From NCBI GenBank assembly GCA_965230925.1, contig OZ246403.1, positions 202,455 through 266,454 of the forward strand: a stretch of 64,000 nucleotides of DNA. The letters run 5' to 3'. The notes under the pieces are model-generated. The model worked only from the letters and a program-made list of their open reading frames with translations. It was not told the origin of the DNA and made no database searches. Of this stretch, positions 57,322 through 64,000 are shown one piece after another. Source of the DNA: an uncultured Candidatus Saccharibacteria bacterium (GTDB taxonomy: Bacteria > Patescibacteriota > Minisyncoccia > Phycocordibacterales > JACOZG01). The first letter of the stretch is position 1; every line of letters starts with the position of its first letter. The translations under genes were made by a program, and so were the position numbers.

Positions 57322-58038
57322 TTACACCCGAGCCCAACACCGCGGATGCCATCTGTTGGTTATTGCATCGGGAACAAAACCCAGAGTCACTGCACTGCTC
57401 GAACAAAAGAGCCCCAAGTCCTTGGCAGACTGGTCTTCCCGGGAACCTAGGATTCTAAGCACTGGATTGTTCTCTTTCAGGAAAAAATCACACCTGAGAT
57501 TGGCGCAAAGGGTTATTGCCTCAATCACCGTTAGAGAACTCTCTCTTCGCTTGTTCATGTTTCTTCTGATCTTAAGGGATGCCTCAGAGGCACACTCCTT
57601 TCCCAGTTTAACCCCCACAAGCCAGTAAGGATGCTCCGGGGTCGCCACCAAATCGACGAGATGTTCTAGGTTAACGAGAGACCTTCCCGTACGCCCGTCT
57701 TTCACCAGAACTAAAGTCTTGAGTTGCTGATCCAGAGACCTTATTCTGGCCGGAACCACGGGTAAGAAGCAAACGCCTTCACTCGGCCGAAAATCAAACC
57801 GAGAAAAACACGTTAGCACTTCACCTTTTTTGCTTTCGAGGATTTCCAGCGCCGACGGGAGAGTAGTAAAGCGCCGCCGAAACCAGCGAACCTGTTCATC
57901 AAACAAATTTTCCAGTTCAGAATCTTGCTGACTTGGACCCCTCCTCTCTATTTCGATTGTTGAGATCAATCGCGAGCTTTCAAAGTGGACACCACCAACA
58001 GCTCGGCGTCGACGACTCCAGTAATGGTTTTGGCTCAT
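57322..58038 (-). CDS. Hypothetical protein (DUF5701-like)
   Basis: FLPVVP...PEHPYWLVGV..G...LTVIEAI; promoter TTGACA-17-TAATTT lies inside the longer ORF call, so ATG 58038 is preferred. Confidence 0.55.
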   Translation of the reverse strand: MSQNHYWSRRRRAVGGVHFESSRLISTIEIERRGPSQQDSELENLFDEQVRWFRRRFTTLPSALEILESKKGEVLTCFSRFDFRPSEGVCFLPVVPARIRSLDQQLKTLVLVKDGRTGRSLVNLEHLVDLVATPEHPYWLVGVKLGKECASEASLKIRRNMNKRRESSLTVIEAITLCANLRCDFFLKENNPVLRILGSREDQSAKDLGLFCSSSAVTLGFVPDAITNRWHPRCWARV

Positions 58039-58181
58039 CACACGGAACCTCAAAGAACTCCGTTTCTTTACCTGCCGCGCGAACTCCGCGGCTGAGGTTG
58101 CGAGAACGATTCCCGCTCCGCTCTTAAAATTACCTGTCGGGAAGTATTGTGTCAATGGCAAACTCCCGTTATACTCCCCTC

Positions 58182-60125
58182 GTGGAAAATAATATTCTCG
58201 AAGGGACCATTAAGCTCTCGATGAAGGGCTTCGGTTATGTGGATCTGCCTGGTCAAGAAAAGATCAAAAAGCGCGAGGAGCGCCAGGCCGTCGAGATTGC
58301 ACCGACGAATCTCAATATGGCTCTCAACGGCGACGTGGTGAAAGTGCTGATTCATCCCAAAAAGGGTGACTTACGGCTCTCGGGCGAAGTGACGGAAATA
58401 ATTACCCCGGGCAAGCGCGAGTTCGTGGGCGTGCTGGAGGCCGAGAATGGCTTCTTCTATCTCGTCCCGGATGATAAGAAAATGTACACGGATATTCTAG
58501 TGGACCAAAAGCAGACTCATGGCGCTAAAGCTGGCGATAAAGTGTTGGTAAAAATTACTAAGTGGGAAGACTCTAAGAAAGATCCGATTGGTGAAGTGCT
58601 GGAAGTAATTGGCGAGGCGGGCGCGCATGATACCGAGATGCGGGCAATTGTGCTCGGACGCGGCTTTAAGCTCGGCTTCGAAGCGGCGGTAGAGAAAGAC
58701 GCGGAGCGAATTAAAGCTGGTGCCGCGGAAGATTTAAAAAAAGAAATTGCAAAGCGCCGGGATTTCCGTGAGACGCTTACGTTTACCATTGACCCAATTG
58801 ATGCGAAAGACTTCGATGATGCGATTTCGCTGAAGAAACTTGGTGATAATAAATGGGAAGTGGGCGTTCACATTGCTGACGTGTCCCACTATCTCCAACC
58901 CGGCACCGAGCTCGATAAAGAAGCACGAAAGCGGGCGACCTCAATTTATCTCGTCGATCGCACCATTCCGATGTTGCCGGAAATTCTCTCAAATGACTTG
59001 TGTAGCTTGAACCCAAATGAAGACAAGCTCACCTTCTCGGCGGTGTTTACGATGAATGAAAATGGCGAGATTTCTGATCGCTGGTTCGGCCGCACCGTTA
59101 TTCATTCCGATAAACGGTTTACCTACGAAGAAGTCTGGGATGTTTTGCAAAAAAAGACTGACGGGCCGTATTTTGCAGAATTAACGACGCTCAACAAACT
59201 CGCCTACAAATTGCGGGAGAAAAAGTTTGAGGCCGGAGCCATTGCCTTCGAAACTGATGAAATTAAATTTAAGCTCGACGCGGCTGGCAAACCAATTGAG
59301 GTGTATAAAAAGACGCGCAATGACGCTCATCTCCTCGTCGAGGACTTCATGCTTCTCGCCAATCGCGGTGTGGCTGAGTATGTGTCGGGCCTGGTGAAAG
59401 ATGCGGAGAATAAATTCGTCTATCGCATCCATGATCTCCCCGACCCAGATAAGCTCGGTCAACTCGCGGCCTTCTTGCGGCCAATGGGTTACGAACTCCC
59501 CTTGCGCGGTGACGGCATTCGCTCAAGCGATCTCAACAAATTCCTCAAGTCAGTGGAAGGCAAACCGGAGCAAAACATGATCCAAACTTCAGTGATGCGC
59601 TCGATGTCGAAAGCGATTTACGCTATGAAAAATATTGGCCACTATGGTCTCGCCTTCGCGCATTACACCCACTTTACCTCGCCGATCCGCCGCTACCCCG
59701 ACGTGATGGTTCATCGCTTGCTCCAAATTTACTTAGACGGCCAAGAACCGGATCAGAAAATAATTAAAGATTATTATGAGCTGTGCTTCTATACCTCGCA
59801 GAAAGAACTCGAAGCCCAAGATGCCGAGCGCGACTCGATTAAATATAAACAAGTGGAATACTTGGCGCCGAAGATTGGCGAGACCTTCGATGCCCTCATT
59901 TCTGGTGTCTCCAAGTGGGGCGTGTATGTGGAAGAAAAGGAAAGTAAGGCTGAAGGCATGGTGCGCCTCTTCGAGATGAAGGATGACTTCTATGTCTTCG
60001 ATGAGAAAAATTATTGCCTCCTCGGCCAAAATTCCGGCAAACGCTTCCGCCTCGGCGATTCAATTAAAGTAAAACTTCTGAAAGCTGAACCAAAAACTCG
60101 CTCCCTAGATTTCGCCTTCGCTTAA
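58182..60125 (+). CDS. rnr: Ribonuclease R
   Basis: TIDPIDAKDFDDA, HIADVS, HFTSPIRRYPD, C-terminal S1 domain; GTG 6 nt after TATACT. Confidence 0.95.
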   Translation: MENNILEGTIKLSMKGFGYVDLPGQEKIKKREERQAVEIAPTNLNMALNGDVVKVLIHPKKGDLRLSGEVTEIITPGKREFVGVLEAENGFFYLVPDDKKMYTDILVDQKQTHGAKAGDKVLVKITKWEDSKKDPIGEVLEVIGEAGAHDTEMRAIVLGRGFKLGFEAAVEKDAERIKAGAAEDLKKEIAKRRDFRETLTFTIDPIDAKDFDDAISLKKLGDNKWEVGVHIADVSHYLQPGTELDKEARKRATSIYLVDRTIPMLPEILSNDLCSLNPNEDKLTFSAVFTMNENGEISDRWFGRTVIHSDKRFTYEEVWDVLQKKTDGPYFAELTTLNKLAYKLREKKFEAGAIAFETDEIKFKLDAAGKPIEVYKKTRNDAHLLVEDFMLLANRGVAEYVSGLVKDAENKFVYRIHDLPDPDKLGQLAAFLRPMGYELPLRGDGIRSSDLNKFLKSVEGKPEQNMIQTSVMRSMSKAIYAMKNIGHYGLAFAHYTHFTSPIRRYPDVMVHRLLQIYLDGQEPDQKIIKDYYELCFYTSQKELEAQDAERDSIKYKQVEYLAPKIGETFDALISGVSKWGVYVEEKESKAEGMVRLFEMKDDFYVFDEKNYCLLGQNSGKRFRLGDSIKVKLLKAEPKTRSLDFAFA

Positions 60126-60403
60126 CCTTTTATCGCCCCTTCCTTTTTCAAAATCGCGAGCTTTTTGCTATTGCCGCCGCGATTGTAGCCACCCATCTTG
60201 CCATCCGAGCGGATGACGCGATGACACGGAATCGTGGGGTCAAAATTGGTTTTAAGAATACTCCCCACGGCTCTCGCCGCCCGCGGCGATCCAACCTTCG
60301 CCGCCACTTCCGCATACGTCATCACCTTCCCCTTCTTAATCTTCCGCACCACCGCAAACACCTTTTCTTTAAAGCTTTTTGTTTTCAAATTAGTAAAAAA
60401 CAA
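60122..60403 (-). CDS. MGMT family O6-alkylguanine-DNA alkyltransferase domain protein
   Basis: TYAEVA..AARAVG..IPCHRVIRSDG..GGY. Confidence 0.9.
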   Translation of the reverse strand: MFFTNLKTKSFKEKVFAVVRKIKKGKVMTYAEVAAKVGSPRAARAVGSILKTNFDPTIPCHRVIRSDGKMGGYNRGGNSKKLAILKKEGAIKG

Positions 60404-60414
60404 ATTTAATAACC

Positions 60415-60993
60415 CTATCTACTGGGTCTTGATGTCTCTGTTTTTTTCTCTGGATCGTACTTATCAATATCGTCCACAGTTACACCTCGTTCCTTTAAGA
60501 TTTTATCTCGTAGATAGATACCGAGAACCACTATAATATCTCCAATTTCCATTCCCTCTTTGAATAAATATTCCTTAATTGGGTTTATCCTTGTGTCATC
60601 CTTTATTTCATCGATAACTTGCTTGGCGGTCTCTTGAATATCATACGATGTGGCAGGCTTTTCCTTTTCAATTTTTTGTTTAAGTTCTTCATAGTTTTTA
60701 TCAACAAAGCTTTGCCCACCACTTTCAATCAAAATACGATTACCCCGGTCAGTTAAGGTAACTGGGCTTTTTCTTTTTGTTAGAGGCTCTTTGTAATCCA
60801 AAGCCGTTTCACATTTTATAACTTTATCCCTGACCTCCCGACAATCAAGGCGTATTTCTTTAACATCTTGTTCCAAACGGTCAACCTTAGATTTGTAGAC
60901 AAAAAAGGAAATTATCCCGGTAACAATTGAAACCCCGAGTGGAATAAAGACATTGGAGTACTGGGCAAGATAATTTGTAGATTCTGGCGGCAT
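60415..60993 (-). CDS. AT-rich hypothetical protein with TM and coiled coil
   Basis: One TM, heptad region; TATAAT 6 nt before ATG. Confidence 0.7.
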   Translation of the reverse strand: MPPESTNYLAQYSNVFIPLGVSIVTGIISFFVYKSKVDRLEQDVKEIRLDCREVRDKVIKCETALDYKEPLTKRKSPVTLTDRGNRILIESGGQSFVDKNYEELKQKIEKEKPATSYDIQETAKQVIDEIKDDTRINPIKEYLFKEGMEIGDIIVVLGIYLRDKILKERGVTVDDIDKYDPEKKTETSRPSR

Positions 60994-61068
60994 GTTTCAA
61001 TTATATAACACTAGTTTATCAAAGGATATAACCCTATCACGAATCAATAGGAGTTGCATCATTTCCAA

Positions 61069-63204
61069 TCACTTCGCATACCCTACGGCATCATCGAGTT
61101 TGATGGAGAGAAGACGCGAGGCGCCGTCGGAGCCCATGGTTACGCCATAGAGTACGGAAGCACGAGACATCGTTTCGCGATTGTGGGTAATGAGAATGAG
61201 TTGCGAGTGCTGGGCCAGCTGCTCAATGAGGTCGCCATACTTGCGCGAGTTGGCCTCGTCGAGAGCGGCATCGGTTTCGTCGAGGATCATGAAGGGCGGC
61301 GGGTTGACCTGCGAGAGAGCAAAGAGAAGCGAAATCGCCGTGAGCGAGCGCTCGCCACCGGAGAGCATTTCGAGCCCGCGGATTTTCTTGCGCGGGAGAT
61401 TTAAATTAATATCAATCCCTTCCTCGGTTGGCTTCACTTCTTCTGGCATTTCCGTCGCGAGTTTGAGATCATCGTCACGCTTAGCTTTGGGTGGCTTAGT
61501 AAGAATAAGTTCCGCCGTGCCGCCGCCAAACATGAGGGCGAAGAACTTTTGGAATTCATGATTCGCCTTGTGGAGCCCTTCGCGGAATTCGCGATCAATG
61601 CGAATTTTGAGCTCTTCAATAATCTGCTTCAAGCTCGCCCCGCTCGCTTCGAGATCCGTAATTTCCTTGGCCAAGTGCTCATCGCGCGCCATGGTTTCCT
61701 TATATTCCTTCACAGTGTCACCACTCTCCACACCCAGATCTTCGAGTCTTAGCTTTCTCTTTTCTATTTCTCGTCTTTTTGTTTCTTGCTCGGCACGGTT
61801 GGTAATATCGCCTGACTTCCCTTCGCCCAACACACCACCGAGAAGGTTCTTCGCCTCCGCGAGCATAGTCGTGAAGTGATTCTTCTCAAGCATCAATTTC
61901 TCCTCTTTCATTCTTAAGGTCGAGAGCTCGCTCATCAATTCATTTTTCCGCAAACGCAAAGCAAACACTTCCTTCTCGGCTTCATTTACCGTTTTAGCTC
62001 GTTCGAGCAAAGCTGTAATTTCTTGTTCCAATTTACTACGTTCACTCTCAAGTTCAGTTCTCTTGGTTTCGAGCGCTGCAATTTCTTCACGCGAATTATC
62101 TTCCTGTTCGACCTGTTCACCACCTGACGGACTCCAAAAGCTTTTCAGAGCCCCGCGAATTCTCTGACCAATTTCTTGCCAAACATCTACGACCCTGCTC
62201 GCTTCCGCTTCAGTGAGCCAAGTCTCTAACCGGGCAAATAATTCTTCTACCCGTCCCTTCGTAATCGCCACCGTGGTACTGGGCAAAGCTACAGGCATTC
62301 GCTTTGCCTCAATCAACCCCTCAATCCTGCCCAAATCTCGCACAATTACTTCTCTGGCGCGCCTTTTCTCATCAAGCGCGCGTTCATCCACCTTCACCTC
62401 CTCGCGACTCAAGCGATTAAGTTTGATTTCTAATTCGTGCAGTTCACCCTTGGGACGTCGAAGCGCTTCTTCAAGCGCGGAGGCGCCTTGATCCAAGTAA
62501 GCCCTCTCTGTTGCCAAATAAATTTCATACAGTTCTTTCAGCTCCACCCGTAAATTTTCTGCCTTCTTGATTTTCTCCATCTCGCGCTCGAGATACTTCA
62601 AGTGCGGCGCGAGCTCGCGGCGTAGCGAGGCTACTTGTTTGAGATTATCTTCCGTCTTCTCAAGCTTCTTCTCACTCTCGGCAATTTTCCATTGATAGAG
62701 ACGCAAGCCGAACGCATCTTCGAGCAATTCCCGACGCTCGGCCGCACTGGCCTCAAGCACACGGTCTGCCTCACCTTGGCGGATAATATGATGGCCAGAA
62801 GAACCGAGCGAAGCACCGGCCAGTAATTCAAGAATATCTTTGAGCCTCACCGCTGTGCCATTGAGTAAATAGTCGTTTAAACCGTCGCGGTGCACCACGC
62901 GCTCAATTTTTACCTCATCGTAAGCGACATTAAATTTCTTATCTTTGTTGTCGAAAGTAATGGCAACTGATGCCCGTGCCGCTCGTGGCGCATTAGCCGA
63001 GCCGTTCCAGATCAAATCTTCACCACGCTTACCGCGCAGTGATTTAAGCGACTGCTCGCCAAGCACCCAACGGAAAGCTTCGGCCACATTACTTTTCCCC
63101 GAACCATTCGGTCCCACAATCGCTGTTACGGGCGCTTCGAAAACTAAAGCCGTCTTTTTACTAAACGACTTGAAGCCAGTGAGTTCGAGCGAAGTAAGTC
63201 TCAT
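61069..63204 (-). CDS. smc: Short SMC-family ATPase
   Basis: GFKSF, GPNGSGKSN, LSGGE, LDETDAALDEAN, ITHN; ATGA overlap with rnc. Confidence 0.9.
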   Translation of the reverse strand: MRLTSLELTGFKSFSKKTALVFEAPVTAIVGPNGSGKSNVAEAFRWVLGEQSLKSLRGKRGEDLIWNGSANAPRAARASVAITFDNKDKKFNVAYDEVKIERVVHRDGLNDYLLNGTAVRLKDILELLAGASLGSSGHHIIRQGEADRVLEASAAERRELLEDAFGLRLYQWKIAESEKKLEKTEDNLKQVASLRRELAPHLKYLEREMEKIKKAENLRVELKELYEIYLATERAYLDQGASALEEALRRPKGELHELEIKLNRLSREEVKVDERALDEKRRAREVIVRDLGRIEGLIEAKRMPVALPSTTVAITKGRVEELFARLETWLTEAEASRVVDVWQEIGQRIRGALKSFWSPSGGEQVEQEDNSREEIAALETKRTELESERSKLEQEITALLERAKTVNEAEKEVFALRLRKNELMSELSTLRMKEEKLMLEKNHFTTMLAEAKNLLGGVLGEGKSGDITNRAEQETKRREIEKRKLRLEDLGVESGDTVKEYKETMARDEHLAKEITDLEASGASLKQIIEELKIRIDREFREGLHKANHEFQKFFALMFGGGTAELILTKPPKAKRDDDLKLATEMPEEVKPTEEGIDINLNLPRKKIRGLEMLSGGERSLTAISLLFALSQVNPPPFMILDETDAALDEANSRKYGDLIEQLAQHSQLILITHNRETMSRASVLYGVTMGSDGASRLLSIKLDDAVGYAK

Positions 63205-63896
63205 TTCCAACCTTTAACCAATAAACCCGCGGCGGCGGCGGCTTGCTCGGCTTCTTGCTTGCTGTGGCCCGCGCCTTCGGCCACTTTTTCTTCGCCAAGG
63301 TAGAGCCCGACGGTAAAGGTTTTGTCATGATCGGGACCCGCTTCGCCGAGCACGCGATAAGCCGGAGTAAAACCGCTTACTTCTTGAGCCTTCTCTTGGA
63401 AGAAGCTCTTGGCATCGCGGAAGCGTTCGCCGGTCACAATGGTAGATACTTGATCAAAAAAGTTGCGACCAATGAAGGCGGCCGCGGCGTCGTAACCCTG
63501 GTCGAGATAAATCGCACCGATAATCGCCTCAATGGCATTAGCAAGAATTACTTGCCGCGCGCGACCGTTGTCCTTCGACTCGCCTTTCGAGAGGAGTAGA
63601 TGATCATTCACTCCAAGCCCTGCCGCGATTTCGCCCAAGATATTGGCGTTCACCAGAGCCGCTCGATAGGCCGTAAGCGCTCCTTCATTTTCTTTAGGAT
63701 AAGTTTGGAAAAGGTGGTCGGTAATCACGAGCTCAAGCACGGCATCGCCAAGGAACTCAAGACGCTCATTGTGCGGAACAGAAAAATCTCGGTGCTCATT
63801 CAAATACGAACGGTGAACTAGGGCCTCGGCCAAGAGTGCCTGATTTTTGAAATTTACTCCGAGCTTGGCTTCACACTGTTTCAAATCGCGCTTCAT
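63201..63896 (-). CDS. rnc: Ribonuclease III
   Basis: HNERLEFLGDAVL, EAIIGAIYLD, dsRBD. Confidence 0.97.
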   Translation of the reverse strand: MKRDLKQCEAKLGVNFKNQALLAEALVHRSYLNEHRDFSVPHNERLEFLGDAVLELVITDHLFQTYPKENEGALTAYRAALVNANILGEIAAGLGVNDHLLLSKGESKDNGRARQVILANAIEAIIGAIYLDQGYDAAAAFIGRNFFDQVSTIVTGERFRDAKSFFQEKAQEVSGFTPAYRVLGEAGPDHDKTFTVGLYLGEEKVAEGAGHSKQEAEQAAAAAGLLVKGWK

Positions 63897-63902
63897 AAAA
63901 AG

Positions 63903-64000
63903 TTATTGAGAAAGTGTTTTAATTGCCTTGGTGACAATAGGTAAAATATCATCGTACATTTTTAAATCCGGAATCTCGCGAAGATTAAACCAGCGCGCAT
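63903..64000 (-). CDS. 3' end of an upstream gene, NUDIX-like C-terminus (partial)
   Basis: ...ARWFNLREIPDLKMYDDILPIVTKAIKTLSQ*. Confidence 0.5.
   Translation of the reverse strand, partial: ARWFNLREIPDLKMYDDILPIVTKAIKTLSQ

Noticed and set aside
1-64000. CRISPR array, rRNA, integrase/transposase, integron attC array
   Set aside because: No regularly spaced repeats, rRNA-like tracts or recombinase motifs were seen. The orphan-gene hairpins lack consistent RYYYAAC/GTTRRRY ends.
1-64000. Alternative genetic code (UGA=Gly, as in Gracilibacteria/Absconditabacteria)
   Set aside because: Conserved genes (rnc, smc, rpsP, dedA) end at TGA at their expected lengths and long genes are uninterrupted under code 11.

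Overview
A 64-kb chromosomal segment that looks like a Patescibacteria/CPR (Parcubacteria-like) genome: compact genes, TGA used as a stop (code 11), no rimM between khpA and trmD, and a short SMC. The right third is core machinery (rpoD, dnaG, rpoC, rpoB, trmD, khpA, rpsP, rnr, ogt-like, smc, rnc). The middle holds two copper/thiol-redox operons (CopB-type and CopA-type P1B ATPases), tRNA-Asn with an adjacent AT-rich islet, and a lexA operon with a visible operator. The left part is an accessory mosaic of peptidoglycan peptidases, msrAB and many small orphan genes. The best candidate for an undescribed system is the AT-rich operon at 1-3044: an SMR-type exporter, an aldehyde-dehydrogenase-fold enzyme that lacks the hydrolytic Glu and is fused to a class I lysyl-tRNA-synthetase anticodon-binding domain, and a membrane sensor histidine kinase. 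This could be a tRNA-dependent small-molecule synthesis/export/sensing module. Other signals: widespread leaderless promoters alongside SD-led orphan islets, a 64-bp gene-start duplication around an inserted serine hydrolase, a recurring GTTATCCCCAA motif, and an internal 'QALAHG' motif shared by two copper-operon proteins. All product calls come from recognising motifs by eye; no database searches were run.
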